This document shows, piece by piece, positions 49,780 to 60,012 of a stretch of 64,000 bases of DNA. The position numbers were made by a program, and so were the translations under genes. How positions within the stretch are numbered: position 1 is the first letter of the stretch; every line of letters starts with the position of its first letter. The notes under the pieces were generated by a model. It saw only the letters and a list, made by a program, of their open reading frames with translations, had not been told where the DNA came from and did no database searches. The DNA is from Thermoanaerobaculaceae bacterium (GTDB lineage Bacteria; Acidobacteriota; Thermoanaerobaculia; Multivoradales; UBA5704): the NCBI GenBank assembly GCA_963778565.1, contig CAVZUZ010000010.1, positions 64,065-128,064 of the forward strand, given 5' to 3'.

Positions 49780-51162
49780 CTAGAGGACATAGCGCGAGAG
49801 ATCCTGGTCCTTGACGATGTCCGCAAGCACGCGGCGCACGTACTCGCCGTCCACCTTCACGCTCACCCCCGACATTTCGGGGGCTTCGAAGGAAACCTCG
49901 TCGAGCAGGCGCTCCATGAGGGTCGAGAGCCGCCGCGCGCCGATGTTCTCCGTTGAGGAGTTGACCTCGACGGCGAGGCGGGCGAGCTCGGCGACGGCGT
50001 CCGCGGTGAACTCGAGCCGTACGCCTTCGGTCGCGAGCAGGGCCGAGTACTGCTTGGTCAGGGCGGTCTCGGGCTCGGTGAGGATGCGCACGAAGTCCTG
50101 CTCGGTCAGGGCGTCCAGCTCCACCCGGATGGGGAAGCGCCCCTGCAGCTCCGGAATCAGGTCCGAGGGCTTGCTGACGTGGAAGGCGCCGGCGGCGATG
50201 AACAGGATGTGATCGGTCTTCACCATGCCGTACTTGGTGGAGACGTTGGTCCCCTCGACGATCGGCAGCAGGTCGCGCTGCACGCCTTCGCGCGACACGT
50301 CGGGGCCGCGGCTCCCCTCGCGGCCGGCGATCTTGTCGATCTCGTCGAGGAAGATGAGGCCCCCCTGCTCGACGCGCTGCCGCGCCTCGCGGGAGACCTG
50401 GGCGCGATCGATCAGCTTTTCGGACTCCTGCTGCTGCAGGATCTCGCGCGCCTCCGCGACCGTAACCTGCTGCTTCTTCTTGCGGCCGAAGAGGCCGGGG
50501 AGCATCTCCTTGATGTTGATGCCCACCTCCTCGACGCCCTGGGGAGTGAACATCTCGAGGCTGGGATAGGAGGATTCGTCCACCTCGATCTCGACCCGCC
50601 GGTGGTCGAGCGAGCCGGCGCGCAGCTTGTCGCGAAACTTCTCGCGCGTGGCCGCCAGCTCGTCCTCGTTCTCCTCCTCGTGCCGGAGGTAAGCGTTGAT
50701 CGGGCGGGGCGGCACCAGGAGCTGCAGCAGGCGGTCCTCGGCGCGGACGGCGGCGGCTTCGCGCACGGCGTCCCGCTTTTCCTCCTTGACCATGGTGACG
50801 GCGATCTCGACCAGATCGCGCACCATCGACTCGACGTCGCGCCCGACGTAGCCGACCTCGGTGAACTTGCTGGCCTCGACCTTCAGAAACGGCGCCTTGG
50901 CCAGGCGCGCCAGGCGGCGGGCGATCTCGGTCTTGCCGACGCCGGTGGGGCCGATCATCAGGATGTTCTTGGGCGCGATCTCCTCGCCGAGCTCGGGCGG
51001 GAGCTGCTGGCGGCGCCAGCGGTTGCGCAGCGCGATCGCCACGGCCCGCTTCGCCAGCCGCTGCCCGACGACGAACTTGTCGAGCTCGGCGACGATCTGC
51101 CGCGGCGTCATATTCTCGATCGCGAGACCGAGGGCGGTCTCGCCGGAAAGCTGAATGGACAT
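49780..51162 (-). CDS. hslU: ATP-dependent protease ATPase subunit HslU
   Basis: [32 protein letters not shown], Walker [16 protein letters not shown] and IIFIDEIDKI-type motifs. Full length (460 aa). Confidence 0.95.
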   Translation of the reverse strand: MSIQLSGETALGLAIENMTPRQIVAELDKFVVGQRLAKRAVAIALRNRWRRQQLPPELGEEIAPKNILMIGPTGVGKTEIARRLARLAKAPFLKVEASKFTEVGYVGRDVESMVRDLVEIAVTMVKEEKRDAVREAAAVRAEDRLLQLLVPPRPINAYLRHEEENEDELAATREKFRDKLRAGSLDHRRVEIEVDESSYPSLEMFTPQGVEEVGINIKEMLPGLFGRKKKQQVTVAEAREILQQQESEKLIDRAQVSREARQRVEQGGLIFLDEIDKIAGREGSRGPDVSREGVQRDLLPIVEGTNVSTKYGMVKTDHILFIAAGAFHVSKPSDLIPELQGRFPIRVELDALTEQDFVRILTEPETALTKQYSALLATEGVRLEFTADAVAELARLAVEVNSSTENIGARRLSTLMERLLDEVSFEAPEMSGVSVKVDGEYVRRVLADIVKDQDLSRYVL

Positions 51163-51171
51163 GGCGTTTCT

Positions 51172-51714
51172 CTACAGTTCCTCGAGAGTCAAATGATCGT
51201 TGGTGAAGATGCAGATCTCGGCGGCGATCTTCATCGCTTCGCGCACGATCTCGGGGGCGTTCAGGGAGGTGTGCCGCATCAGGGCGCGCGCCGCCGCCAG
51301 CGCGTAGTTGGCCCCCGAGCCGATGGCGAGCACGGCGTCGTCCTCGTCGGGCTGCAACAGCTCGCCGCCGCCGGAGACGAAGAAGCTCTTGTCCTTGTCG
51401 GTGACGATCAGGACGGCCTGCAGCTGGCGCAGCGCCCGGTCCGTCCGCCAGTCCTTGGCCAGCTCCACCACCGCCCGCTCCAGATTGCCGCTGAACTCCT
51501 CCAGCTTCGCCTCCAGCCGCGCGAAGAGCGCCAGCGTGTCCGCGCCGCCGCCGGCGAAACCCACCAGCACCTGTCCTTTGCCGGCCCGGCGCACCTTCTT
51601 CGCGCCGCTCTTGACGATGGTGCTCTGGTTCATGGTCACCTGGCCGTCGCTCGCCATGCAGACCCTGCCGTCGCGGCGGACGAGGAGCACGGTGGTCGAG
51701 GCGAAGGTATCCAT
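51172..51714 (-). CDS. hslV: ATP-dependent protease subunit HslV
   Basis: MDTFASTTVLLVRRDGRVCMASDGQVT... The mature N-terminal Thr motif (TTV) and 180-aa length fit HslV. Lies directly upstream of hslU. Confidence 0.95.
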   Translation of the reverse strand: MDTFASTTVLLVRRDGRVCMASDGQVTMNQSTIVKSGAKKVRRAGKGQVLVGFAGGGADTLALFARLEAKLEEFSGNLERAVVELAKDWRTDRALRQLQAVLIVTDKDKSFFVSGGGELLQPDEDDAVLAIGSGANYALAAARALMRHTSLNAPEIVREAMKIAAEICIFTNDHLTLEEL

Positions 51715-51731
51715 GGGGAGGGGATTGTATA

Positions 51732-52274
51732 TCAGGGGGAAGAGAGGGCTTCGAGGAAGCCCTCCGGGTCGTCCGGAGTGACGATGAGACGCGTCTCGCC
51801 GAGGTCCACCAGCACCGCGTTGGCGAGGTCGCACGCGTAGAGATCGAACTCCCCGAGACGCTGCGACTCGAAGCCGCCCGTCCCGGCGGTGACGCCGCCG
51901 TTGGTGGCCAGGCGCTCGAGATAGGCGATCTCCTCCGGCGTCAGGCGGCGGGCCGAGGCGCCGCTGACGGTGAACCGTTCCCGCCGCCGGCGCATCTCGA
52001 GGGTCAGCCGCCCGCCGTCGAGAGCGAGCCCGAGAAGATCGAGATCGCCGCTCATCCGCCACGCCGTCCACGGCACCGCGGCTGCGAGGAGCGCGAAAAG
52101 CCCGGGCCACCAGGTACCGACGGAGGCCTTGCCGAACCACGCTCGCAACAGCAGGTTGAGCCAGAAAAGCGCGGCGACCGCCACCAGCAGCACGGCGAGC
52201 CCCACCAGCAGCCACCGGAGCCGTCTCTGGCCGCGAAGGATCGCGCCGCCGGGAGTGCAGGTGAAGCGCCGCAC
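51732..52274 (-). CDS. Hypothetical membrane-anchored protein
   Basis: GTG start at 52274 (or 52280), two predicted TM helices (LLVGLAVLLVAVAALFWLNLLL; WWPGLFALLAAAV) and a soluble C-terminal domain. No family recognised. Confidence 0.45.
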   Translation of the reverse strand: MRRFTCTPGGAILRGQRRLRWLLVGLAVLLVAVAALFWLNLLLRAWFGKASVGTWWPGLFALLAAAVPWTAWRMSGDLDLLGLALDGGRLTLEMRRRRERFTVSGASARRLTPEEIAYLERLATNGGVTAGTGGFESQRLGEFDLYACDLANAVLVDLGETRLIVTPDDPEGFLEALSSP

Positions 52275-52276
52275 GC

Positions 52277-53197
52277 TCACTCCGACCCTCGCCGCGCCCG
52301 TGGATGGGCCTCGCGGTAGACCGCGAGCAGGCGCTCCACCTCCAGGTGGGTGTACTTCTGGGTGGTGGACAGCGAGCTGTGGCCCAGCAGCTCCTGGATG
52401 GCCCGCAGGTCGGCCCCGTTCTCCAGCAGATGGGTGGCGAAGGTGTGCCGCAAAGTGTGGGGATGGACTCCCCGCGCCACGGCCGCGACTTCCACCCAGC
52501 GGTCGATCACCCGGCGCACCGAGCGGTCGGTCAGACGGCCGCCAGAACGATTGAGAAAGACCGGCTCGCCGTCGCCGATCGGGTCGCGCACGCCTTCCCA
52601 CACCTCCAGCCACCGCCGCAGCGACTCGGCCGCCGGCCGGCCGAAGGGGACCATGCGCTCCTTGCTCCCCTTGCCCATGACCCGCAGCACCCGCGCGGAG
52701 AGGTCCACGTCCGGCCAGTCGAGGCTCACCAGCTCGGAGACCCGCAGGCCGGCGGCGTAGAGGAGCTCCAGGATCGCCCGGTCCCGCCGCACCAGCGGCT
52801 CGTCGCCGGCCGGCGCCTCGATCAGGTCCTCGACCTCGCCCGGCCGCAGGTGGCGCGGCAGCGTCTTCGGGACCTTCGGCGTCCGCACCCCCTGGGCCGG
52901 GTTGGCGGAAAGCACCCCTTCCCGGCAGGCGAAGCGGAACAGGCTGCGAACGGCCGAGAGGGCCCGCCCCTGGCTGCGCTTGCCCAGATTCCGCCGGGTC
53001 AACGCCGCCAGAAACGAGCGCACCGCCAGGGGATCGACGTCCTGCGGCCGGACCGCTTCCGATTCCTTGCCCAGAAAGTCGCGGGCCAGGAACTCGTGGA
53101 AGGTGATCAGGTCGTACTCGTAGGCGCGGAGCGTCTCGGGCGAGAGGTTCCTCTCCCCCTGCAGATGCTCGAGGAAGCGGTGGATCAGCCGGCGCAT
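52277..53197 (-). CDS. xerC: Tyrosine recombinase XerC/XerD family
   Basis: The N-terminal SAM-like domain (FLEHLQGERNLSPETLRAYEYDL) and catalytic residues in context (ELLYAAGLRVSEL...; HPHTLRHTFATHLLENGADLRAIQELLGHSSLSTTQKYTH). Confidence 0.9.
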   Translation of the reverse strand: MRRLIHRFLEHLQGERNLSPETLRAYEYDLITFHEFLARDFLGKESEAVRPQDVDPLAVRSFLAALTRRNLGKRSQGRALSAVRSLFRFACREGVLSANPAQGVRTPKVPKTLPRHLRPGEVEDLIEAPAGDEPLVRRDRAILELLYAAGLRVSELVSLDWPDVDLSARVLRVMGKGSKERMVPFGRPAAESLRRWLEVWEGVRDPIGDGEPVFLNRSGGRLTDRSVRRVIDRWVEVAAVARGVHPHTLRHTFATHLLENGADLRAIQELLGHSSLSTTQKYTHLEVERLLAVYREAHPRARRGSE

Positions 53198-53256
53198 GGA
53201 TGCGTTAACCTGACGTCGGGGCTTGTCGATGAAATGGGGCCTCCCCGCCGCCTCGA

Positions 53257-53406
53257 GCCCCTCACTCCCCCAGCCCCTCTCTCCCGCCTCACACCCACCC
53301 TTCCGGGAGAGAGGGGGGTTGAAAAGGTAGTTTCTTGAGGCCGTCTCCCTCCTCTCCCGGAAGGGTGGGAGTGCGGCGGGAGAGGAGGGCCGGGGAGGTG
53401 AGGGGC
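53257..53406. repeat. Family-A intergenic palindromic element, long form (copy A4)
   Basis: GCCCCTCACTCCCCCAGCCCCTCTCTCCCGCCTCACACCCACCCTTCCGGGAGAGAGG ... TCTCCCTCCTCTCCCGGAAGGGTGGGAGTGCGGCGGGAGAGGAGGGCCGGGGAGGTGAGGGGC. Confidence 0.7.
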
Positions 53407-53462
53407 CCGACGGCGCGGCGATGGCCCGATTGAAGAGGACTTGAGGAGCGGAGCCACGAACC

Positions 53463-54808
53463 TCACCGCGCTTCCACCGCCTCCACCCCCACCGCCGCCT
53501 CCACCCCATTCCGCTCCGCCCAAGCCGCCAGCTCGGCGTGAGCCCGCTCGACGTAGGCAGCCCGGCGGTCTCCCTTGCGGACCTTCTCCGGCAGCTCCGC
53601 GAGCAGGCCGTAGTTGATGTTGGCCGGCTGGAAGTGCCTGGGATCCGACTCTGTCAAGTGGCGGGCAAGGGCCCCCAGGGCGGTGGTGGCGGGAAAGGGC
53701 TCCGGCGCGCGCCCCTGCCGCTCCAGGTCGATATAGAGGCCGATGGCGAGCCCTGTCGCCGCCGATTCGAGGTAACCCTCGACGCCGGTGATCTGTCCCG
53801 CCAGCCGCACCCGCGGCATCGCCTTCACCCGATAGTGCTTGTCGAGATGCGTCGGGGCATTGATGAAGGTGTTGCGGTGGATCTGCCCGAAGCGGACGAA
53901 GCGAGCGTTCTCGAGCCCCGGAATCATCCGCAGCACCCGCTCCTGCTCGCCCCACTTCATGCGCGACTGGAAGCCCACCAGGTTGAAGTGGCTCTGCGCG
54001 AGGTTCTCCTGCCGGAGCTGGACGACGGCGTACGGCCGCCGTCCGTCGGGCGCGGTGAGGCCAACCGGCTTCATCGGCCCGTAGCGGAGCGTGTCGACTC
54101 CGCGCCGCGGCCAGCTCCTCGATGGGCAGGCAGCCCTCGAAGAAGACCGCCTTCTCGAACTCGTGCGGCGCCACCACCTCGGCCTCGCTGACCGCCTGGT
54201 GAAAGGCGAGATACTGGCTCCTTGTCCATGGGAGCGTTGAGATAGTCCTCTCCCTCCCCCTTGCCGTAGCGCGACTGCCAGAAGAGCTTCGACACGTCGA
54301 GACTGTCCGCCTCCACGATGGGTGCGATGGCGTCGTAGAAGTAGAGGTACTCGCTTCCCAGAAGCCGCTGCAGCCCGGCGGACATCGCCTCCGAGGTGAG
54401 CGGACCGGTGGCGATGACCACCTCGCCCTCCGGGATCGCCGTCACCTCTTCGCGGCGCATCTCGATGCGCGGGTGGCGGGAGATCGCCGCCGTCACCAGG
54501 CCCGCGAAGCGGTCGCGGTCGAGGGCCAGGGCGCTGCCGGCCGGCACTGCGGCCTTGCGGGCCGAGCCGATGATGAGCGAGCCGAAGGCCTCCATCTCCC
54601 GCTTGAGCAGTCCCGCGGCGTGGAAAGGATCGTCGCTGCGCAGCGAGTTGCTGCACACCAGCTCCGCCAGGTCTCCCGTTTTGTGCGCGGGCGTCCCCTT
54701 GACCGGCCGCATCTCGTGGAGCACCACCGCGACCCCGCGCTCCGCGAGCTGCCAGGCGCACTCCGAGCCGGCGAGTCCGCCGCCGATGACGTGGACGGGT
54801 GAGGGCAT
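53463..54808 (-). pseudogene. trmFO: Methylenetetrahydrofolate-tRNA-(uracil-5)-methyltransferase TrmFO with two frameshifts (near 54215 and 54105)
   Basis: [22 protein letters not shown] (FAD-binding GxGxxG), ...[10 protein letters not shown].... The middle block [31 protein letters not shown] is in a second frame, and the remainder ([15 protein letters not shown]...GQITGVEGY.ESAA.GL) in a third. Confidence 0.85.
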
Positions 54809-54839
54809 TGGTAGATCCTTACTCCTTGGCCGCGTTGTC

Positions 54840-56827
54840 GCGGCGGTCGAAGTCAAGACCCCCTTTCAAACCGTGCATGCGGATTTCCCGCACACGGCTT
54901 ACCGGTGGTCTCTCCTGCCACAGCATTACGCAGCCTCCGGGTACTGGATGGTGCCGCGCAGGCGGACTAATCCGAGGGCTTCAAAATAGCCACGATGCCA
55001 CTTCTCCATCTGTCCGGGCCGTAAAGAGCGCCCGGCGCGCTGCACTCGCAGCCGCTTCAGACGCCTTGCCGCGTACCGGTCGATCGAGGTCAGTTGGTTC
55101 GCAGCGTTTCCGGTGCGGAAGTAGTTGCCCCAACCCCGGAGCACGGGATTGACTGTGGCGATAATCTGCCGCAGATCCTCATGACAGCACCCCCGAGGCG
55201 TCAGCTCCTTGATCCGCTGGCGCACCCGCTTCATGCTGCGCTGCGACGGCCAGCGCTGGAGGAAGTAGACCCGGCGGCCTTCCCTCTCCCAGAGCGGACC
55301 GCTCAGCCGCTTGCGCAGGTGGCAGCCGAGGAAGTCGAAGCCTTCCTGACCCCAGGAAAGCTCCACCCGCCTCGTCTTTTCCGGATGCAGGGTCAAGCTC
55401 AGCCGACCGAGGATCTGCTTCACCCTCTGTTCGGCTTGCTCGCCTTCCGATCTCGTACGGCACACCACCACGAAATCGTCCGCGTAGCGCACCAGCACGC
55501 CCAAATGCGCGTACCGCTTCTCCCACACGGTGTCGAGCACGTGCAGGTAGATGTTCGAGAGAAGAGGCGAGATCACCCCTCCTTGCGGGGTCCCGGACAG
55601 ACTCTCCGTAACCACGCCCTCTTCCATCACCCCTGCCCGCAGCCATTGCCGCAGCAGCTTCAGGACCCGCCGATCCGAGATGCGTCTCTCCACAAGCTTC
55701 ATCAGCTTGCCTTGATCGATGCTCCCAAAGTAGTCAGGCAGGTCGGCGTCCAGCACGTGGTTGTACCCTTGAGCCCCTAGCTTGCGCAGGACCTCCAGAG
55801 CTTCCGTCGCGCTGCGCCGGGGCCGAAAACCGTACGAGCACGGACGAAAATCCGCTTCGAAAATCGGCTCCAGCACCAGCTTCGCCGCCATCTGCGCTAC
55901 CCGGTCGCGTACCGTCGGGATCCCCAGCGGCCGCTGCTTCCTGCCGTCACCCTTCAGAATGTACCGACGCAGGACCGCCTGCGGTCTGTACACGCCTGCT
56001 CGCAGATCGGCGCCCAGCTCTTCCAGGAAGCGCTCGACTCCCATCTGCTCGATGGCGACGAGGGTCTGTGCATCGACCCCCGCCCCACCGCGGTTCTTCC
56101 GTACACGCCTCCACGCCTCCCACAGGACGTCACCCCTGTAGATGCGGTCCAGCAATGCGTGGAAACGACGACCCGGCTGCCGCTTGGCTGCCGCATACAG
56201 ACAGCGTTGGAGTTGTCGCACTTTGTCGCGAGGATTGCTCCCCGTGGGGTGGTTGGGACCGGTCTTGCCGGCCATGCCCTCTCGCTTACCTCCGTCGCTG
56301 CCATGACCACCGCAGGGACCCTTCCCTCCGGGAGCGTTGTTCTTCACCCCCATCACCGGTACTACGATCCCCTCGGACTCCCGCTGCGCAACGCCCGATT
56401 TCGCCTTTGGCTTATACGGGCCGCCTTGCCGCGACGACGGCCGCGCAGACGGGCCTCTCGTGTTCCGTGCCCCTCCTTCAACGCGTGCTGCGCCCCCTAC
56501 CCCGGGGGAACCCGTCGCACGTACGCCTCCGGACCGGGGCACGACGGACTTGGCCTTCGCCGTGACATGAGCGGCTCGGCTTCCCCATTGTAAATCTGTC
56601 GAGGCTGCAGGCTTCACTTCATGTTGCGGCCCGCGTTGTGGCTCCCTCCGTAGAGGCTCTTGACGCCCCGCTTCGACCCCAAGGCTCTCACCTTGCGCAG
56701 GCGGGGGCCTGCTACCCGGCGCTCCGGCGCTTACCGGGACGGGACTCTCTCCCGCTGGAGAGGCACAGCTCGAAAACAGGACCCTCTGACCACCCCACAC
56801 TCTTGGCCCTGCTTCTTCACGACGCAC
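54840..56827 (-). mobile_element. Group II intron, apparently full length; boundaries approximate (+/- ~15 nt at the 3' end)
   Basis: The minus strand starts GTGCGTCGTGAAG at 56827 (the GUGYG 5' consensus). Domain V-like AAGCCGTGTGCGGGAAATCCGCATGCACGGTTTG lies at about 54897-54864, followed by a short domain VI-like hairpin. An RT/maturase ORF occupies the domain IV position. Confidence 0.8.
54926..56353 (-). CDS. Group II intron-encoded reverse transcriptase/maturase (no endonuclease domain seen)
   Basis: RT blocks: RKNRGGAGVDAQT, RP.GIPTVRDRV.Q, GTPQGGVISPLLSNIYL, YADDFVV. Maturase X-domain: LRGWGNYFR. The start is ATG 56353 or 56275; the longer track ORF upstream is intron RNA read as protein. 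Confidence 0.85.
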   Translation of the reverse strand: MGVKNNAPGGKGPCGGHGSDGGKREGMAGKTGPNHPTGSNPRDKVRQLQRCLYAAAKRQPGRRFHALLDRIYRGDVLWEAWRRVRKNRGGAGVDAQTLVAIEQMGVERFLEELGADLRAGVYRPQAVLRRYILKGDGRKQRPLGIPTVRDRVAQMAAKLVLEPIFEADFRPCSYGFRPRRSATEALEVLRKLGAQGYNHVLDADLPDYFGSIDQGKLMKLVERRISDRRVLKLLRQWLRAGVMEEGVVTESLSGTPQGGVISPLLSNIYLHVLDTVWEKRYAHLGVLVRYADDFVVVCRTRSEGEQAEQRVKQILGRLSLTLHPEKTRRVELSWGQEGFDFLGCHLRKRLSGPLWEREGRRVYFLQRWPSQRSMKRVRQRIKELTPRGCCHEDLRQIIATVNPVLRGWGNYFRTGNAANQLTSIDRYAARRLKRLRVQRAGRSLRPGQMEKWHRGYFEALGLVRLRGTIQYPEAA

Positions 56828-56895
56828 CATGGGCGCATTATAGGCTGCAGCAACGGTCGGCCGTGGAGAAGTAGAATGAGGCGGGAGGATTTCGG

Positions 56896-57099
56896 ATGGC
56901 GATACCGACTGAGCGTTTCCTGGTCGATGAAGAAGGGCACCGGGTTGGGGTGCTGCTGGACATCGGGGAGTATCAGAGGATCCTGGAGGATCTCGAAGAG
57001 CTCGAATCGATCCGAGCCTATGACGCAGCCAAGGCGAGCGGCGACGAGGCGATTTCTTTCGAGCAGGCTCTGCAGGAAATAAAAAAATCGCGGAAATGA
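56896..57099 (+). CDS. Antitoxin partner of the RelE/ParE toxin
   Basis: 67 aa, acidic (...GEYQRILEDLEELESIRAYD...). Its stop overlaps the toxin ATG. Confidence 0.7.
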   Translation: MAIPTERFLVDEEGHRVGVLLDIGEYQRILEDLEELESIRAYDAAKASGDEAISFEQALQEIKKSRK

Positions 57100-57350
57100 C
57101 CTACGGTCTCTCCATTCTGCGTCGGGCACAGAAGGAGTTGGCTCAGGTACCCACTCGGGACCAGGATCGCGTGGCCGAGGCGATTGGCAAGCTCCGAGAT
57201 GATCCTCGGCCTCTCGGCTGCCGCAAGTTAACCGACCGCGAAGGTTGGCGTCTTCGTGTTGGAGATTTTCGAATCATCTATGAGATCGACGACGATCGCC
57301 GCTCAATAACGATCCTCCACGTCGGTAACCGGCGAGATGTCTACCGCTGA
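57096..57350 (+). CDS. RelE/ParE-family type II toxin
   Basis: ...A.KEL...P......R...AI..L..DPRP.G..KL......WRLRVGDFRIIYEIDD....I.IL.VG.R..VY. Confidence 0.85.
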   Translation: MTYGLSILRRAQKELAQVPTRDQDRVAEAIGKLRDDPRPLGCRKLTDREGWRLRVGDFRIIYEIDDDRRSITILHVGNRRDVYR

Positions 57351-57370
57351 GGTGCCCTCCTCTAGGCTCC

Positions 57371-58414
57371 TCAGTAGGCCAGGTTCGCACCGAATTCGGG
57401 AATCTTACCCGCCCGAACCTCCTTGGACCAGACCTCGAGCTCGGCTCTCTTCCAGAAGCTGCCACACAGCTCGAAATACTCCAGCACCGCCTGGCGCTCC
57501 CCTTTCTCCAGGAGCTCCTTGGCCAGAGTCATGTTCGGCCCGAAGGAATTCAGCTGCGGGGACCCCGGCGTCTTCCCGGCCGCCAGCAGATGCTCCTTCG
57601 CCTTCTCGACGTCGCCGGCGCGCAGAGCGAGGCGCCCGAGGACCAGGTGGCCTTGGTGAACCAGGTTGCCGTGGTTCCAGTGATCCTGGGTCGAATCGCC
57701 GGCAGCTTTGAGCATCTCTCCGGCGTGTCCACGGGCTTTCGCGACCTCGCCCGATTCCAGGGCGACGGTCGCGACACCGAGCAGCAGGTCTGCGCGGGCC
57801 TCTCCCTGCACGTGCTCCAGAGACCGCTCGTAGGCGTCCAGGGCTCCCCTCGCCGCTTTCTGTCTGGCCTCGCCCGCCTTTCTGGAGAGTCCCAACGCAT
57901 GGAGGTCGCCGAGTCGCCGCGCCCATAGGGGATTCTGCGGCTCGACGGCTTCGGCGCGCCTGTAGAGGCTCTCGGCTGTGGCGGAGTCATGCAGTAAGAA
58001 GTAAGCGGCGGCGCGCCCGAGGATCTCCGGATTCTTCGGCTGGCGTTCCACTTGATCCAGCCATACCTGCTTGCCCTCCGCGTACGTGGAGCTTTCCAGG
58101 ATGGCGTTGAGGTGGGCGAAGGGGGTGTCCAGGATCGGCGTATCCGGCCGGTTGCGGATCAGCCACAGGATGTGCTGCTGACGGGCTGCCCTCGCTTCCT
58201 CGGATGTATGCGCGCGCAGGAAGTAGTAGCCGAGAAGCTTGCTGCGAGCCTCGATGTCGTCCGGCGACGACTGCGTGTGCAGCTCCAGCTCCCGGGCGGT
58301 CTCGGCCGAGAGGTTCCGGCCGGCCATGGCCAGGTGGTCGGCGTCTTGCCCTGCTGCTACACGGCTTGGAACGATTGCGCACAGCACAAAGCTGAGGAAT
58401 CCGAAATGTGCCAT
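57371..58414 (-). CDS. Secreted helical-repeat (TPR/Sel1-like) protein, function unknown
   Basis: Signal-like MAHFGFLSFVLCAIVPSRVAAG and an alpha-helical repeat composition. ATG 58414 is preferred over 58435. Confidence 0.55.
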   Translation of the reverse strand: MAHFGFLSFVLCAIVPSRVAAGQDADHLAMAGRNLSAETARELELHTQSSPDDIEARSKLLGYYFLRAHTSEEARAARQQHILWLIRNRPDTPILDTPFAHLNAILESSTYAEGKQVWLDQVERQPKNPEILGRAAAYFLLHDSATAESLYRRAEAVEPQNPLWARRLGDLHALGLSRKAGEARQKAARGALDAYERSLEHVQGEARADLLLGVATVALESGEVAKARGHAGEMLKAAGDSTQDHWNHGNLVHQGHLVLGRLALRAGDVEKAKEHLLAAGKTPGSPQLNSFGPNMTLAKELLEKGERQAVLEYFELCGSFWKRAELEVWSKEVRAGKIPEFGANLAY

Positions 58415-58537
58415 GCGCCTGGAAGAGACAATCACCTCATGCTCTCCTATCGTTATTTAGAAATCGTAAACTACTCCAGGAGCCCCGTCAATGGGTCGAG
58501 ATTCCCTGTATAGGACGCGACCATGCTGCGATGCGCG

Positions 58538-58996
58538 TTATCGGCCGCTCCGTCGCGACTTCTTCGACCAGTCTACCAGGCGAAGATTCATGCCAGATGT
58601 CTTGGTGAGTTGCTCGAAGTCCCGTTTGTTTCTGGTCACGAGCGGAAGCTGGCGCGACATCGCCACCGCCGCGATCAGAATATCGCCAAGCTGCTGACGC
58701 TGGCTGCGAGTTGCACCGGACCAGATATCGGCCGCCACGCTGGCCGCTTCTTGGTCGAGAGGAAGCACGATGCAATTGGCGACGAGCACCTCGAAGGCCT
58801 GCAGTTGCCGTTCAAATGGCTTCCCGCCACGAATCGCGACTCGATATCCACGTAAGCGTTCGAATACCGTCACTGCGGTTATCGTCAGCCGCCCGAAGAC
58901 AGCCAGGTATGCGAGCGCTCGTTCTCTGACGAAGAGGTTGCCTCTGCTCAGCTCGGACAGGGTGTCGGTATCAAGTACGACAGGCTCGAGATCCAC
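58538..58996 (-). CDS. PIN-domain toxin (VapC family)
   Basis: VVLDTDTLSEL... (first acidic residue), ...ITAVTVFE..., ...D.LIAAVA......LVT.N..DF. Confidence 0.85.
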   Translation of the reverse strand: MDLEPVVLDTDTLSELSRGNLFVRERALAYLAVFGRLTITAVTVFERLRGYRVAIRGGKPFERQLQAFEVLVANCIVLPLDQEAASVAADIWSGATRSQRQQLGDILIAAVAMSRQLPLVTRNKRDFEQLTKTSGMNLRLVDWSKKSRRSGR

Positions 58997-58999
58997 CGT

Positions 59000-59278
59000 C
59001 TACCGTTCCGGCTCTTTGAGCCTTCGGGTGAGCAAGCGAAGGTCCGAGGCCGGGACATCCGCAAGGCTGGCAGCCGCCAACGCCAAGATTTCGCCAGGGG
59101 CCGGAGCGATGTCGACGTCCTCCCCGTAGTGCCGGCGCAACAAGGCGATCACCTGGCCTTCGAAGCTCCGCCCACACCTGTCCGCATCTACTGCGATCTT
59201 GTCGCGGAGCCCTGCGGGAAAGCGAATGGTGCGGGCGATCGTGGATTCCTGAGGATGGGCAACGGCTGGGCGGCTCAT
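59000..59278 (-). CDS. VapB-type antitoxin (ribbon-helix-helix-like)
   Basis: 92 aa, RFPAGLRDKIAVDADRCGRSFEGQVIALLRRHY. Lies 3 nt upstream of the vapC start. Confidence 0.6.
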   Translation of the reverse strand: MSRPAVAHPQESTIARTIRFPAGLRDKIAVDADRCGRSFEGQVIALLRRHYGEDVDIAPAPGEILALAAASLADVPASDLRLLTRRLKEPER

Positions 59279-59426
59279 AACCGGAAAAGTACCATATTGG
59301 TGTCTTCACAGCAAGGCAGCGATCGGCCCCGCTGGACGGCCGGCGGCGACGGACCGCGCCGCCAGACCGTCGTCGCGAGACCCTGATCTGTCGTCCGGAA
59401 ACGCCAAAATGGCGTCGCCTGTTCCC

Positions 59427-59891
59427 CTACGCCGTCCCGAGCGCCTCCTCCAGCCGCTCGCGGCAGCCGCGGGAGAGGGGCAGCCGTTTGCCGCTCCTCA
59501 ATACCACTACGAAATCACCATGGGGGCTCGGCACGAGCTCCCGGACGGAGTCGAGGTTGACGATGGCCGAACGGTGGATGCGCAGGAAACGGTCGTGAGG
59601 CAGCTTCGCCTCGACCCCGGACATCGTCTCGCGCAGCAGGTACGACTCCCCGCCAGCCTTCAGCCGCACGTAGTTGCCGGCCGCTTCAATCCATTCGATT
59701 TCGTCGGCGGTGAGGAAGATGACGTGACCGTTGTTGCGCACGGCCAGCCGGAAGGAGGAGCTTTCGGGCATCGGCGAGCGTGTCAGGGAGGCGAGCTGCC
59801 GCTGCAGCGAGGCCGCCGCGGCGAGGAGCTCGGCAAACCGCCGCTCCCGGAAGTCGTCGTCGATGTCCGCGCTTCTGAAGTTCAGGCTCAT
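59427..59891 (-). CDS. Stand-alone LytTR DNA-binding domain protein (no receiver domain)
   Basis: ...I.FL.ADEIEWIEAAGNYV.L......YLLRETM...E..L....F.RIHRSAIVNLD.V.E are LytTR hallmarks. Only ~50 aa precede the domain. Confidence 0.75.
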   Translation of the reverse strand: MSLNFRSADIDDDFRERRFAELLAAAASLQRQLASLTRSPMPESSSFRLAVRNNGHVIFLTADEIEWIEAAGNYVRLKAGGESYLLRETMSGVEAKLPHDRFLRIHRSAIVNLDSVRELVPSPHGDFVVVLRSGKRLPLSRGCRERLEEALGTA

Positions 59892-60012
59892 GTCCCCTTT
59901 CCTTGCGCCCTCACCTTGGTTCAACCGACAGAACATAAGAAAGAAAGGCCGCGGGGATCTCCCCAACGGTTGAAAATCGCAAGCAAGAAAGACGCCGTGC
60001 TATCGCGCCCTG

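Noticed and set aside
50179-51840. 553-aa plus-strand ORF
   Set aside because: It is antisense to hslU and hslV, which are unambiguous, and it has shadow-ORF composition.
51172-54808. trmFO-xerC-hslV-hslU synteny as something unusual
   Set aside because: This order matches the well-known gid/trmFO-codV-clpQ-clpY arrangement described in Bacillus. It is worth noting as a conserved block but is not novel.
54926-56830. Reverse transcriptase as a retron or diversity-generating retroelement
   Set aside because: The GUGCG 5' end, the domain V consensus, the maturase X-domain and the ORF position in domain IV identify a group II intron. No msr/msd-like or TR/VR repeats were seen.
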